Positions 19,755 through 29,962 of a stretch of 64,000 nt of DNA are shown here, piece by piece (within the stretch, counting starts at the first letter, position 1; each line of letters opens with the position of its first letter). Source of the stretch: Escherichia phage PE37; sequence record NC_054929.1; one strand, given 5' to 3'. The notes beneath the pieces were generated by a model. It made no database searches. It was not told where the DNA came from and saw only the letters and a list, made by a program, of their open reading frames with translations. The position numbers and the translations under genes were made by a program.

Positions 19755-19758
19755 AATA
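19751..19758 (+). promoter_or_regulatory. late promoter TATAAATA (gene 26)
   Basis: exact 8-mer 22 nt upstream of gene 26 ATG; overlaps the divergent gene 51 promoter. Confidence 0.7.
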
Positions 19759-19779
19759 TGATAAATAAAGGAGCTAAAT

Positions 19780-20406
19780 ATGTATGAATACAAATTTGAT
19801 GTGAGAGTTGGTTCTAAAATAATCAACTGTCGCGCATTTACTCTTAAAGAATATCTAGAACTTATTACTGCTAAAAAGAATGGTTCAGTAGAAGAGATTG
19901 TTAAAAAGCTAATCAAAGACTGTACAAATGCAAAAGATTTAAACCGCCAAGAATCAGAACTATTACTGATTCATTTATGGGCGCATTCTCTTGGAGAAGT
20001 TAATCATGAAAACTCCTGGAAGTGCACCTGTGGAACTGAAATACCAACCCATATAAATCTATTACATACACAAATAGATGCACCAGAAGACCTCTGGTAT
20101 ACACTGGGTGACATTAAAATTAAATTCCATTACCCTAAAATTTTTGATGATAAAAATATAGCCCACATGATAGTATCATGTATAGAAACGATTCATGCTA
20201 ACGGTGAAAGCATTCCAGTTGAAGACTTAAATGAAAAAGAATTGGAAGATTTATATTCTATCATCACAGAGTCAGATATTGTAGCTATAAAAGATATGCT
20301 TTTAAAGCCTACTGTTTATTTGGCTGTTCCAATTAAGTGTCCAGAGTGTGGAAAAACTCACGCTCATGTAATAAGAGGACTCAAAGAATTCTTTGAGTTA
20401 CTATAA
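19780..20406 (+). CDS. 26: baseplate hub subunit
   Basis: 208 aa; divergent from gene 51; late promoter at 19751-19758. Confidence 0.8.
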   Translation: MYEYKFDVRVGSKIINCRAFTLKEYLELITAKKNGSVEEIVKKLIKDCTNAKDLNRQESELLLIHLWAHSLGEVNHENSWKCTCGTEIPTHINLLHTQIDAPEDLWYTLGDIKIKFHYPKIFDDKNIAHMIVSCIETIHANGESIPVEDLNEKELEDLYSIITESDIVAIKDMLLKPTVYLAVPIKCPECGKTHAHVIRGLKEFFELL

Positions 20407-20804
20407 TGGCAAATATTAATAAGCTTTATTCTGATATTGACCCAGAGATGAAAATGGATTGGAACAAAGACGTTTCAAGATCACTTGGATTAAGGTCAAT
20501 TAAAAATAGTCTTTTAGGAATTATTACAACAAGAAAAGGTTCAAGACCGTTTGACCCTGAATTTGGATGCGATTTATCTGACCAACTTTTTGAGAATATG
20601 ACTCCTCTTACTGCTGACACAGTTGAGCGTAATATCGAAAGCGCAGTAAGAAACTATGAGCCACGTATTGATAAATTAGCAGTTAATGTAATACCGGTTT
20701 ATGATGATTATACTCTGATAGTAGAAATACGCTTTTCGGTCATCGATAACCCTGATGATATTGAGCAGATAAAACTACAACTGGCTTCCAGTAATAGAGT
20801 ATAA
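20406..20804 (+). CDS. 25: baseplate wedge subunit (gpW/gp25 lysozyme-like fold)
   Basis: 132 aa; TAATG overlap with gene 26. Confidence 0.85.
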   Translation: MANINKLYSDIDPEMKMDWNKDVSRSLGLRSIKNSLLGIITTRKGSRPFDPEFGCDLSDQLFENMTPLTADTVERNIESAVRNYEPRIDKLAVNVIPVYDDYTLIVEIRFSVIDNPDDIEQIKLQLASSNRV

Positions 20805-20830
20805 TGCTTCACGTATAAACGTGGTATAAT
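20805..20830 (+). promoter_or_regulatory. MotA-dependent middle promoter candidate (uvsY)
   Basis: MotA box TGCTTCA at 20805-20811, 13-nt spacer, TATAAT at 20825-20830. Confidence 0.55.
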
Positions 20831-20870
20831 GAATCTAAGTCCATCCAATAACAATTGAATAGAGAACAAT

Positions 20871-21284
20871 ATGAGATTAGAAGATCTTCAAGAAGAATTG
20901 AAGAAAGATGTGTTTATAGATTCGACTAAATTACAGTATGAAGCAGCTAATAATGTGATGTTATATAGTAAATGGCTTAATAAGCATTCAAGTATTAAAA
21001 AGGAAATGCTTAGAATTGAAGCACAGAAAAAAGTTGCTCTTAAAGCTAAATTAGACTACTACTCGGGACGAGGAGATGGTGATGAATTTAGTATGGATCG
21101 TTACGAGAAATCAGAAATGAAAACAGTTCTATCGGCTGATAAGGATGTTTTAAAGGTTGATACCTCGTTACAGTATTGGGGGATTTTATTAGATTTCTGT
21201 AGCGGAGCTCTTGATGCTATCAAATCACGAGGATTTGCTATTAAGCATATTCAAGACATGCGGGCATTTGAGGCTGGAAAATAA
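20871..21284 (+). CDS. uvsY: recombination mediator UvsY
   Basis: 137 aa; MotA-box middle promoter upstream. Confidence 0.85.
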   Translation: MRLEDLQEELKKDVFIDSTKLQYEAANNVMLYSKWLNKHSSIKKEMLRIEAQKKVALKAKLDYYSGRGDGDEFSMDRYEKSEMKTVLSADKDVLKVDTSLQYWGILLDFCSGALDAIKSRGFAIKHIQDMRAFEAGK

Positions 21285-21508
21285 TGAGATATAACATTGA
21301 TGACGCTTTTAATTATGAAGAAGAATTTGAAACGGAAATTCAATTCTTAATGAAAAAGCATAATCTTAAGCGTCAGGATATTCGTATCCTGGCCGACCAC
21401 CCGTGTGGTGAAGATGTCCTTTATATTAAAGGAAAATTTGCCGGATATCTTGATGAATATTTTTATTCTAAAGATATGGGCATTGATATGCATATGAGAG
21501 TTGTATAA
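21284..21508 (+). CDS. hypothetical protein (74 aa)
   Basis: TAATG overlap with uvsY. Confidence 0.5.
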   Translation: MRYNIDDAFNYEEEFETEIQFLMKKHNLKRQDIRILADHPCGEDVLYIKGKFAGYLDEYFYSKDMGIDMHMRVV

Positions 21509-21511
21509 ATA
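21504..21511 (+). promoter_or_regulatory. late promoter TATAAATA (55-aa ORF)
   Basis: exact 8-mer 26 nt upstream of ATG at 21537. Confidence 0.6.
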
Positions 21512-21536
21512 GATATATAATTCAGAGGAGACAATC

Positions 21537-21704
21537 ATGTCAGATAAGATTTGTGTTGTCTGTAAAACTCCAATCGATTCTGCATTGGTTGTTGAAACAG
21601 ACAAAGGTCCTGTACATCCTGGGCCTTGCTATAATTACATTAAAGAACTACCAGTTTCAGAAAGTTCGGAAGAACAATTAAATGAAACACAACTTTTGCT
21701 ATAG
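21537..21704 (+). CDS. hypothetical small Cys-containing protein (55 aa)
   Basis: Not in ORF track (<60 aa); ATG with GAGGAG RBS, late promoter upstream, terminator downstream. Confidence 0.45.
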   Translation: MSDKICVVCKTPIDSALVVETDKGPVHPGPCYNYIKELPVSESSEEQLNETQLLL

Positions 21705-21727
21705 TGTGACCTTTAGTCTATAGTTTT

Positions 21728-21756
21728 GGCCCTTCCTTTTTGGTTGGGCCTTTTTT
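21728..21756 (+). terminator. intrinsic terminator candidate
   Basis: GGCCC...GGGCC stem followed by TTTTTT. Confidence 0.5.
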
Positions 21757-21759
21757 AAT

Positions 21760-21990
21760 TTAAAAGCTTTCTTCTACTTCATCGTCTGAATCTTCTAATT
21801 CAGCTCTTTTTCCTGCCAAAGCATCTCTCACAGAGATGTCATCAGTATCTTTTAATTCAGTTTCTTTAACTCTTTTCTTATAATAAGCTTCAAGTTCTTC
21901 TAGACCTTCTAATGTTTGACATGATGCAATTTTACCCATAAATTCATCAATAGAAGCTTCATAAAGAAATTGTTTAAATTCTAGTAACAT
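21760..21990 (-). CDS. uvsW.1: UvsW.1 small acidic protein
   Basis: Track start 22002 is TTG; ATG at 21990 with GGAG RBS gives 76 aa. Confidence 0.7.
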   Translation of the reverse strand: MLLEFKQFLYEASIDEFMGKIASCQTLEGLEELEAYYKKRVKETELKDTDDISVRDALAGKRAELEDSDDEVEESF

Positions 21991-22002
21991 CTTTTTCTCC
22001 AA

Positions 22003-22016
22003 AGGGCCGAAGCCCT
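22003..22016 (-). other. intercistronic GNRA-type hairpin between uvsW stop and uvsW.1 RBS
   Basis: AGGGC-CGAA-GCCCT abutting uvsW stop, followed on minus strand by GGAGAAAAAG-ATG. Confidence 0.45.
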
Positions 22017-23527
22017 TATAAATTAACTGTTTTCATTACGTAATTAAATTTTTCATCTGCGTAGCGCTGAATACGATCAATGCCGTGTTTTAAAAGATAG
22101 TTCAAATGAACGTATTTCTTTTTCGTATTAGCAGATTTTGGCTTGACGCCCGCGTCATCTATGAGGTCCCAGACTGTTGCGATTGTTTTAGAACCATGCT
22201 TACGTAATACACGACCGATTGTTTGTAATACAATGATTTTTGATTTAACACCGTGCGCTAAAACAACGTGATGCAGATTTTTAACTGAAATACCAGTAGA
22301 AAATACACCATAACTAGCTACTATAATTATTCCTTTACCGTTTTCAGCTAGGGTTTTCATTACGTTGCGTGTTTCGGTATCAACTTCCCCTGATACGTAA
22401 TAAACTTTATCGTATTCATTTTTAATTAAATCGAAAATAGCTTTACCGTGCGATACGTGTTTAAACATGACAAAAGCGTTTTCATCTTTTTGTGCAAGTT
22501 TAATAGCTAATTTAGCGATCCACTTATTTCTTTTACTGAGCCCAGTAATAATTTTTATTTCTTCTTGGTAAGTTTTTCCCTTTAATTTAGTAGTGAACTC
22601 ATCAGGATAGCGAAGAAAAATACTATTAATTTTTAACTCAGTTACTTGTCCATCTTCCATTAATTTAGAAGTCGTTACTGGCTTAAATATTTCACCAAAC
22701 ATTCCAACATACTGCATGATATTAGCTTTGCCATCGCGCAATGAACCGGACAAACCAAATTTAAACATACAGTTATTTAAACCTGATATGATAGATGAAA
22801 TACTTTTTCCTGTAGCAAGATGGCATTCATCATTCATCATCATTCCAAACTGTGAGAACCATTCTTTCGGTTGTTTTACTACAGTTTGCCATGTACCAAC
22901 AACGACTGGTGCATCATTTTTATATTTATCATCTTTTGATGCTCCACCACCGATTTTCTTTATCATTGCATGACTGAATAAACGATAGTCAACAAAGTCA
23001 TCAGCCATCTGAGTTGTCAGAGCAGTTGTTGGAACAATGATAAGAATTTTACCTTCATAATTTTCCAAATAATACCGCGCAAGCAAAGCTTGAATTAAAG
23101 ATTTACCAGCGGATGTTGGAAGATTAAGAATTCTACGACGATTAACTAATCCTTCGAACACTGCATCTTTTTGATACCAGTGTGGTTCAATTCTTTTATT
23201 TCCTGAATAGATTTCTAATTTAGAAAGCCATTCATCAAAATCTTTTCTTGATAATTCTTCTTTTTCGTTAATTTGTGGGTCAATCCAGGCTTTATAGCCA
23301 AAGTTATCACAGAACTTTTTAATTTGCCCGACTAAGCCGAATGGAAGAAGACGATTATAATCTAAAAGACGGATTCGTCCATCCCAGTTGCCATATCTGA
23401 AGCGAGGATTAAAACGATACCCATCAGCTTCAAAGCTAAAGAAATCACGGAGTTCATGAAATGTACTTTCTTCACAATCAATTCTCACGTGACTAAAATC
23501 ATAAAAATGTACTTTAATGTCAGTCAT
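22016..23527 (-). CDS. uvsW: UvsW SF2 DNA/RNA helicase
   Basis: 503 aa; Walker A PTSAGKS and DECH box; late promoter at 23557-23564. Confidence 0.9.
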   Translation of the reverse strand: MTDIKVHFYDFSHVRIDCEESTFHELRDFFSFEADGYRFNPRFRYGNWDGRIRLLDYNRLLPFGLVGQIKKFCDNFGYKAWIDPQINEKEELSRKDFDEWLSKLEIYSGNKRIEPHWYQKDAVFEGLVNRRRILNLPTSAGKSLIQALLARYYLENYEGKILIIVPTTALTTQMADDFVDYRLFSHAMIKKIGGGASKDDKYKNDAPVVVGTWQTVVKQPKEWFSQFGMMMNDECHLATGKSISSIISGLNNCMFKFGLSGSLRDGKANIMQYVGMFGEIFKPVTTSKLMEDGQVTELKINSIFLRYPDEFTTKLKGKTYQEEIKIITGLSKRNKWIAKLAIKLAQKDENAFVMFKHVSHGKAIFDLIKNEYDKVYYVSGEVDTETRNVMKTLAENGKGIIIVASYGVFSTGISVKNLHHVVLAHGVKSKIIVLQTIGRVLRKHGSKTIATVWDLIDDAGVKPKSANTKKKYVHLNYLLKHGIDRIQRYADEKFNYVMKTVNL

Positions 23528-23556
23528 GTCTAAATACCATGTAATAAATATATCTA

Positions 23557-23564
23557 TATTTATA
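23557..23564 (-). promoter_or_regulatory. late promoter TATAAATA (uvsW)
   Basis: exact 8-mer on minus strand 30 nt upstream of uvsW ATG. Confidence 0.65.
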
Positions 23565-23577
23565 CTGAGGAAATATT

Positions 23578-24258
23578 ATGATAGATAAAGATTATATTGC
23601 AGAGCTGAAGGCTCTTGATGATAACAAAGAAGCTAAAGCTAAATTAGCTGAATATGCTGAACAGTTTGGTATAAAGGTCAAAAAGAATAAATCTTTTGAT
23701 AATATCGTTGTTGATATTGAAGAAGCCCTCCAGAAGCTCGCTAGTGAACCTATGCCAGAGACTGATGGGTTATCTATTAAAGACTTAATTGATGCTGCTG
23801 ATGCCGCAGACGGATTAAAATATGACGATGAAGAAGTCAATCCAGAGGCAGCACTTCTGATTGATTCTCCGGTTAAATCTGACATTAAAATTGAAGTAGT
23901 AGAAACGGATAAAATTCCTGAAAATACCGATGTTTTGATTGAAGATACTCCTTTTGTTGAAGAAAAATTCGAGCAAGCTGTAGCTGAGATTATTGAATCT
24001 GAAAAGCCGTCTGTATTTACTCTTCCGGAAAACTTTAGTCCGAATCTTCAGCTGATTGGAAAAAATCCAGGATTCTGTACTGTTCCTTGGTGGATTTATC
24101 AGTGGATTGCTGAAACTCCGGATTGGAAATCTCACCCAACTAGTTTTGAACACGCGTCGGCACACCAAACTTTATTTAGCTTAATTTATTACATTAATCG
24201 CGACGGATCAGTTCTAATTCGTGAAACACGTAATTCTTCTTTCGTAACATTAAAATAA
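23578..24258 (+). CDS. inh: inhibitor of prohead protease
   Basis: 226 aa; position between uvsW and hoc. Confidence 0.75.
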   Translation: MIDKDYIAELKALDDNKEAKAKLAEYAEQFGIKVKKNKSFDNIVVDIEEALQKLASEPMPETDGLSIKDLIDAADAADGLKYDDEEVNPEAALLIDSPVKSDIKIEVVETDKIPENTDVLIEDTPFVEEKFEQAVAEIIESEKPSVFTLPENFSPNLQLIGKNPGFCTVPWWIYQWIAETPDWKSHPTSFEHASAHQTLFSLIYYINRDGSVLIRETRNSSFVTLK

Positions 24259-24267
24259 GGATAACTT

Positions 24268-25398
24268 ATGGCTTTTACAGTTGATATAACTCCTAAAACA
24301 CCTACTGGAGTTATAGATGAGACTAAGCAGTTTACTGCTACGCCCAGTGGTCAAACTGGAGATGGACCTATTACCTATGCTTGGACTGTTGATGATGCAC
24401 CGCAGGAAGAAACGTCTGCAACTTTTAGTTATGTACTAAAAGGTCCTGCTGGACAAAAGACTATTAAGGTAGTTGCAACAAATCCAGTTCCTGATTCTGA
24501 AGCTGAAACAGCTGAAATTAGTACAACTATCACAGTTCAAAATAAGACACAAACAACTACTTTAGCTGTAACTCCTGGTAGCCCTGATGCTGGAGTAATT
24601 GGAACCCCAGTTCAATTTACTGCTGCCTTAGCTTCTCAACCCGCTGGAGCGTCTGCTACGTATCAGTGGTATGTAGATGATTCACAAGTTGGTGGAGAAA
24701 CTAACTCTACATTTAGCTATACTCCAACTACAAGTGGAGTAAAAAGAATTAAATGCGTAGCTCAAGTAACAGCGACAGATTACGATACAAAAGAAGTTAC
24801 TTCTAATGAAGTATCATTAACAGTTAATAAGAAGACAATGAATCCACAGGTTACATTGACTCCTCCTTCTATTAACGTTCAGCAAGATGCTTCGGCTACA
24901 TTTACAGCTAATGTCACTGATGCTCCAGAAGAAGCGCAAATTGCGTATTCATGGAAGAAAGATTCTTCTCCTGTAGAAGGGTCAACTAATGTATATACCG
25001 TTGATACCTCATCTATTGGAAGTCAAACTATTGAAGTTACGGCAATTGTTACTGCTACTGACTATGATAGTAAAACTATTACAGCAGAAGGTCAAGTTCA
25101 AGTGACTGATAAAGTTGCTCCAGAGCCAGAAGGTGAATTGCCTTATGTTCATCCTCTTCCACATCGTACTTCAGCTTACATCTGGTGCGGTTGGTGGGTT
25201 ATGGATGAAATTCAAAAAATGACTGAAGAAGGTAAAGATTGGAAAACTGAAGATCCAGATAGTAAATACTACCTGCATCGTTACACTCTTCAGAAAATGA
25301 TGAAAGATTATCCAGAAGTTGATGTCCAAGAATCGCGTAATGGATACATCATTCATAAAACTGCTTTAGAAACTGGTATCATCTATACCTATCCATAA
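24268..25398 (+). CDS. hoc: Hoc outer capsid decoration protein (Ig-like repeats)
   Basis: 376 aa; repeated ~90-aa Thr/Val-rich modules; terminator downstream. Confidence 0.8.
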   Translation: MAFTVDITPKTPTGVIDETKQFTATPSGQTGDGPITYAWTVDDAPQEETSATFSYVLKGPAGQKTIKVVATNPVPDSEAETAEISTTITVQNKTQTTTLAVTPGSPDAGVIGTPVQFTAALASQPAGASATYQWYVDDSQVGGETNSTFSYTPTTSGVKRIKCVAQVTATDYDTKEVTSNEVSLTVNKKTMNPQVTLTPPSINVQQDASATFTANVTDAPEEAQIAYSWKKDSSPVEGSTNVYTVDTSSIGSQTIEVTAIVTATDYDSKTITAEGQVQVTDKVAPEPEGELPYVHPLPHRTSAYIWCGWWVMDEIQKMTEEGKDWKTEDPDSKYYLHRYTLQKMMKDYPEVDVQESRNGYIIHKTALETGIIYTYP

Positions 25399-25403
25399 TC
25401 ATA

Positions 25404-25430
25404 AGGGGCTTCGGCCCCTTTCTTCATTTT
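25404..25430 (+). terminator. intrinsic terminator after hoc
   Basis: AGGGGC-TTCG-GCCCCT followed by TTCTTCATTTT. Confidence 0.7.
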
Positions 25431-25487
25431 GAAAGCACACAAAACACACTCAGAAAATGATGTATATAATGGCACCAACTCGATAAC

Positions 25488-25703
25488 ATGAGATTGATTA
25501 TGAGAACTGAGGTTGTGGTGTTTACTCTTCATGAGTCTGGAAAGTCATTCATTGAAATTGCTCGTGAATTAAACTTACAGGCAAAAGAAGTGGCTGTATT
25601 ATGGGCTCGAGCTATGACTGCTAAGAATAAATTTGAAACTCGAGAAAAAGTTGTCTATAGAAAAAGACATATTAATAAAAAGGTGAAAAATGGAACAGTA
25701 TGA
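25488..25703 (+). CDS. hypothetical small protein with possible helix-turn-helix
   Basis: 71 aa; segment SGKSFIEIARELNLQAKEV looks HTH-like by eye; basic C-terminus. Confidence 0.45.
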   Translation: MRLIMRTEVVVFTLHESGKSFIEIARELNLQAKEVAVLWARAMTAKNKFETREKVVYRKRHINKKVKNGTV

Positions 25704-25968
25704 TCTTTATGAAAATGAATCTTTTGCTAATCAATTACGTGAAAAAGCACTTAAAAGTAAACAGTTTAAGCTAGAGTGTTTTATTAAAGATTTTTCGGAA
25801 CTTGCTAATAAAGCAGCTGAACAAGGTAAAACATATTTTAGTTATTATTGTACTGCTCGCGATAAATTGATTACTGAAGAAATTGGTGATTGGCTGAGAA
25901 AAGAAGGATTTAGCTTTAAAGTCAATAGTGATCAGCGTGATGGTGATTGGTTAGAAATTACATTTTGA
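25690..25968 (+). CDS. hypothetical protein (92 aa)
   Basis: ATG with AAGGTGA RBS. Confidence 0.5.
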   Translation: MEQYDLYENESFANQLREKALKSKQFKLECFIKDFSELANKAAEQGKTYFSYYCTARDKLITEEIGDWLRKEGFSFKVNSDQRDGDWLEITF

Positions 25969-25977
25969 GGATTAATT

Positions 25978-26982
25978 ATGTTTAAAAAGTATAGCAGTCT
26001 TGAAAATCATTACAATTCTAAATTCATTGAAAAACTTTACAGTTTAGGATTGACTGGTGGCGAATGGGTAGCTCGTGAAAAGATTCATGGCACAAATTTC
26101 TCGCTGATTATTGAGCGTGATAAAGTAACTTGTGCTAAACGCACTGGTCCTATTCTTCCTGCTGAAGATTTCTTTGGGTATGAAATTATTTTGAAGAATT
26201 ACGCTGATTCTATTAAAGCAGTACAAGATATTATGGAAACTTCGGCAGTTGTATCTTATCAAGTTTTCGGTGAATTCGCTGGACCTGGCATTCAGAAGAA
26301 TGTCGATTATGGTGATAAAGATTTTTATGTATTTGACATTATTGTTACTACCGAAAGTGGTGATGTAACTTATGTCGATGATTATATGATGGAATCATTT
26401 TGTAATACATTTAAATTTAAAATGGCTCCACTTTTGGGTCGTGGTAAATTTGAAGAACTTATTAAATTGCCAAATGATTTAGATTCTGTCGTCCAAGATT
26501 ATAATTTTACAGTAGACCATGCTGGATTAGTTGATGCAAATAAATGCGTTTGGAATGCTGAAGCAAAAGGCGAAGTATTTACCGCTGAAGGATATGTATT
26601 GAAACCTTGTTATCCTTCTTGGCTTCATAATGGAAATCGTGTAGCCATCAAATGCAAGAATTCCAAATTTAGTGAAAAGAAAAAGTCTGATAAGCCTATT
26701 AAAGCTAAAGTTGAACTATCAGAAGCTGATAACAAATTGGTGGGAATTTTAGCTTGCTACGTTACACTGAACCGAGTAAATAACGTTATTTCTAAAATTG
26801 GTGAAATTGGTCCGAAGGATTTTGGAAAGGTGATGGGACTAACTGTTCAAGATATTTTGGAAGAAACTTCTCGTGAAGGTATTACTTTAGCTCAAGCGGA
26901 TAATCCTTCTTTGATTAAGAAGGAATTAGTTAAAATGGTACAAGATGTACTTCGTCCGGCTTGGATTGAATTGGTAAGTTAA
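25978..26982 (+). CDS. rnlB: RNA ligase 2
   Basis: 334 aa; nucleotidyltransferase motif I KIHGTN. Confidence 0.85.
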   Translation: MFKKYSSLENHYNSKFIEKLYSLGLTGGEWVAREKIHGTNFSLIIERDKVTCAKRTGPILPAEDFFGYEIILKNYADSIKAVQDIMETSAVVSYQVFGEFAGPGIQKNVDYGDKDFYVFDIIVTTESGDVTYVDDYMMESFCNTFKFKMAPLLGRGKFEELIKLPNDLDSVVQDYNFTVDHAGLVDANKCVWNAEAKGEVFTAEGYVLKPCYPSWLHNGNRVAIKCKNSKFSEKKKSDKPIKAKVELSEADNKLVGILACYVTLNRVNNVISKIGEIGPKDFGKVMGLTVQDILEETSREGITLAQADNPSLIKKELVKMVQDVLRPAWIELVS

Positions 26983-26988
26983 ATAAAA

Positions 26989-27006
26989 AGGGACCTTTCG
27001 GTCCCT
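26989..27006. terminator. bidirectional terminator between rnlB and gene 24
   Basis: AGGGACC-TTTC-GGTCCCT; T-runs on both strands. Confidence 0.7.
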
Positions 27007-27011
27007 TTGTT

Positions 27012-28295
27012 TTATTCATCAACGATAATTTTTGGTAATTTAACACCTAATAAAACAGACAAATCTGAACGACCAGCCATTTTATCCATGTCTCCACCAT
27101 CAATTATTCTTGCTTCTTTTTCATCTTTTGCTACAGTGTAAGGATTTGCAGATAAAGCATATCTAACCAATAAACCGATAGATGGTTGTAAGCTTTCTGG
27201 ATCAACTACAACTTTAAATGCACCTACATGTTCAGGGTCATCTAAGTCAAGACCTTCTGTATACGGAGCATAGAAAATTGATCCAACAATTTCTTTTTCA
27301 CCGATATTTTCTACTACACCAACGATTACATAATCTAATGGACTGTTAGTATCGCAATAAAGCGGTAAACCATTAGCTAAGAACCCGTAGGCATTTTGTG
27401 AAAGATATTTGTCATCTTCTGGTTTATGTTTTAACCAACCTGATGCAGCAAGAATCGCAGCGGCACGAGCTGAAGCAACACAGAACGTTGCAGTATAAGT
27501 TGATTCTTTTTGGATATGCGAAACCATTTCACACACCATTCGGTATAATGAACGACCAGCTTCAGGTGCAGATGCATAACTCAAATCAATGAATCCGGTA
27601 TCAGTAATTCCTGTAACTTTATAGCGTTTTGATACTGTAATCAAAGACTGTAGAATATCTTTATTAATTTCATCTGCCATTTCAGTTGCAAGCAAATCTT
27701 CCAAGAAATTAGGAGCATCGAATCCATTTGCTTCTAAATCTTGTGCTAATTCAACTGTGATACCAGTTTTAAGTTTACGAGATTTAACCGCGGTTTGCCA
27801 TTTATTAATCTGGAATCTAGCATCAGCAATTTCGCTATCAGAGCTTTCAAATTTGCTCGTTGACGCTGCGTCAGAAAATAGACGAACCTTTAAAAGAACA
27901 ATTGCAATCTGAAGAGCTAATTCTAAATCGCTTTCTTCAATATCAGCAAATGGTGTATCTTCTAATACTTTATAAACGATATTATTATATTTGAATAAAT
28001 CGCCTTTATTGAGAGTTAATTTAGACTCTTCTGTTAATTCTGTGATTTGTTCTCGGTCTACATACCCAGCTTCGCCAGCGTAAGTAGCACCAGTTTTAAA
28101 CGTAAATTCATTATCTGGGTTAAGGTATTTGATACCATAAAAAGCAGCAACAGGTTGATTAGTTCTTTGCGTTGCTACAATGTCAGAATATATTAATTTA
28201 GTGGTAGCGCGAGTCAAAGCAACGAGATTTGGGCGACCGATTGAGTTGCTATTCGTTGTGGTTGATTCGCGCAGAAGTTCGTTGATTTTAGCCAT
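27012..28295 (-). CDS. 24: capsid vertex protein
   Basis: 427 aa; gp23 paralog; late promoter at 28323-28330. Confidence 0.9.
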   Translation of the reverse strand: MAKINELLRESTTTNSNSIGRPNLVALTRATTKLIYSDIVATQRTNQPVAAFYGIKYLNPDNEFTFKTGATYAGEAGYVDREQITELTEESKLTLNKGDLFKYNNIVYKVLEDTPFADIEESDLELALQIAIVLLKVRLFSDAASTSKFESSDSEIADARFQINKWQTAVKSRKLKTGITVELAQDLEANGFDAPNFLEDLLATEMADEINKDILQSLITVSKRYKVTGITDTGFIDLSYASAPEAGRSLYRMVCEMVSHIQKESTYTATFCVASARAAAILAASGWLKHKPEDDKYLSQNAYGFLANGLPLYCDTNSPLDYVIVGVVENIGEKEIVGSIFYAPYTEGLDLDDPEHVGAFKVVVDPESLQPSIGLLVRYALSANPYTVAKDEKEARIIDGGDMDKMAGRSDLSVLLGVKLPKIIVDE

Positions 28296-28322
28296 TGCGC
28301 TTTCCTTTTGGTTTATATGATT

Positions 28323-28330
28323 TATTTATA
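28323..28330 (-). promoter_or_regulatory. late promoter TATAAATA (gene 24)
   Basis: exact 8-mer on minus strand between gene 23 terminator and gene 24 ATG. Confidence 0.7.
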
Positions 28331-28346
28331 CCATAAAAACAACTAA

Positions 28347-28364
28347 AGGGACCCGAAGGTCCCT
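28347..28364 (-). terminator. terminator after gene 23
   Basis: AGGGACC-CGAA-GGTCCCT; T-rich tract on minus strand, then gene 24 late promoter. Confidence 0.7.
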
Positions 28365-28378
28365 TAAATCGTCAAAGA

Positions 28379-29944
28379 TTAGATACCTTTAACATATACA
28401 CGTCTAAAGTAAGCGTTTTTACCAAGGCTATTCAGAATAGAAGGCATACCGCTCTGGATGCGAGAAGCCGGAGCCTGAGCAGCGGATTCTGCAAATGGGT
28501 TGATACCGATACCGTAACGAGTTTTGAATCCCATTACCGGTTGGAAGTTCTTCGGATCGGAACCACGCAGCGGAGTCAGAGCTACATATGGAGCGTAGTA
28601 AATACCAGCATCCATTTCGTTCGGACCTTTATAACCTACAGTGAAATAATCCTGTTTAGCATACTGGTCGATATATACACGGTATTTACCACCCAGAACA
28701 CCAGCAAATACTGACTTGGTAGTATCAGTGTTAAAGCCGGTAGCCAGACCCTGTGCAGCATAAGAAATGCCGGTATCAACTGAAGCCAGAACGTTAACTA
28801 CGTTACGGGAAGCGATAATGAAGTTACCTTCACCACGACCGGTCTGACGAGCAATTTCAACTGCTTCTTTGTCAATCTGGAACAACAGAGCTTTAAAGGA
28901 TTCACCCGCCCAGCGAGCACCACGAATATCAATCGGATCCTGGAAGTCAAATACACCAGCTTTAGAACCCGGAGTCAGGGTCATACCAGATTTACCAACC
29001 TGAGCTGAGTAGTTAATCCAATCAACAACTTCACGGTTGATTTCCAGCATGATTTCGGTAGCCAGAATACCAGACAGTTCAGCATCAGCATCCATACCGT
29101 GAACAGCGCGGAGGTCTTGTGCTAATTCGATAGAGTAAGCAGCTTTCAGCTGACGAGATTTAGCTTCGATAACTTGTTTATCGATACGGAAGCCCATTTC
29201 ATTCCACGGGTTATCGGTAGAACCGTTAAAACCTTCCTGAAGTTCAGCGATAGAAGTAGCCATACCTTCAGCGATTTCTACCAGTACACCTGCTTCCATT
29301 TGTTTCTTAATTTCAGCATCTAATTTATCTGCATCAGTTGCGCTTGCACTAATTGTTACTTGAGCAGAAGCTTGCAGATACACAGTACCAGTGTCCTGGA
29401 AGAAGTGAGTATAGATATCACCTACTGTGGTTTGTGTGCTAGCAGCCAGAGCTGGGAATTTCTTAGCAGCACCCTGACCAGAGAACATTGCATCTGGACC
29501 ATACATTGGGTGGAATGCTTCTTTAGCGCCGGAAGCGATTGGATCTTTACCATATACTGCGCGCAGCGCGAATACCTGGCCAGTCGGGCTGTTCATCGGC
29601 TGAACACCGCAAATATCGAAAGCAATCAGGTTAGGAATAGCACGACGTACCATACCCATAACAGCTGGGCCAATCTGAGTTACTGCGCCAGAAGTCTGAC
29701 CCGCAGCGATGTTGGTAGCATTGTAACCGTGGTCACCACCGATTTCAGCTTCTGTTAAGAAAGAACCGAATGCCTGAGCAATTTTTTCGTCTTTATATTC
29801 CGGAGCTGTCTGGAAATCTTTTTCCTGGTTTTCAAAGATTTTAGCGATAATCGCTTGTTTGCTATTAGCAATTTCTGGTAAACCTTCACCTTCCAGTAAT
29901 GGCTTCCATTTGTTCAAAAGTTCAGCTTTAGTTTTGATAGTCAT
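28379..29944 (-). CDS. 23: major capsid protein
   Basis: 521 aa; sequence matches my recollection of T4 gp23 (MTIKTKAELLNKWKPLLEGEG...). Confidence 0.97.
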   Translation of the reverse strand: MTIKTKAELLNKWKPLLEGEGLPEIANSKQAIIAKIFENQEKDFQTAPEYKDEKIAQAFGSFLTEAEIGGDHGYNATNIAAGQTSGAVTQIGPAVMGMVRRAIPNLIAFDICGVQPMNSPTGQVFALRAVYGKDPIASGAKEAFHPMYGPDAMFSGQGAAKKFPALAASTQTTVGDIYTHFFQDTGTVYLQASAQVTISASATDADKLDAEIKKQMEAGVLVEIAEGMATSIAELQEGFNGSTDNPWNEMGFRIDKQVIEAKSRQLKAAYSIELAQDLRAVHGMDADAELSGILATEIMLEINREVVDWINYSAQVGKSGMTLTPGSKAGVFDFQDPIDIRGARWAGESFKALLFQIDKEAVEIARQTGRGEGNFIIASRNVVNVLASVDTGISYAAQGLATGFNTDTTKSVFAGVLGGKYRVYIDQYAKQDYFTVGYKGPNEMDAGIYYAPYVALTPLRGSDPKNFQPVMGFKTRYGIGINPFAESAAQAPASRIQSGMPSILNSLGKNAYFRRVYVKGI

Positions 29945-29962
29945 TTGTGTTAACCTTTAAAA

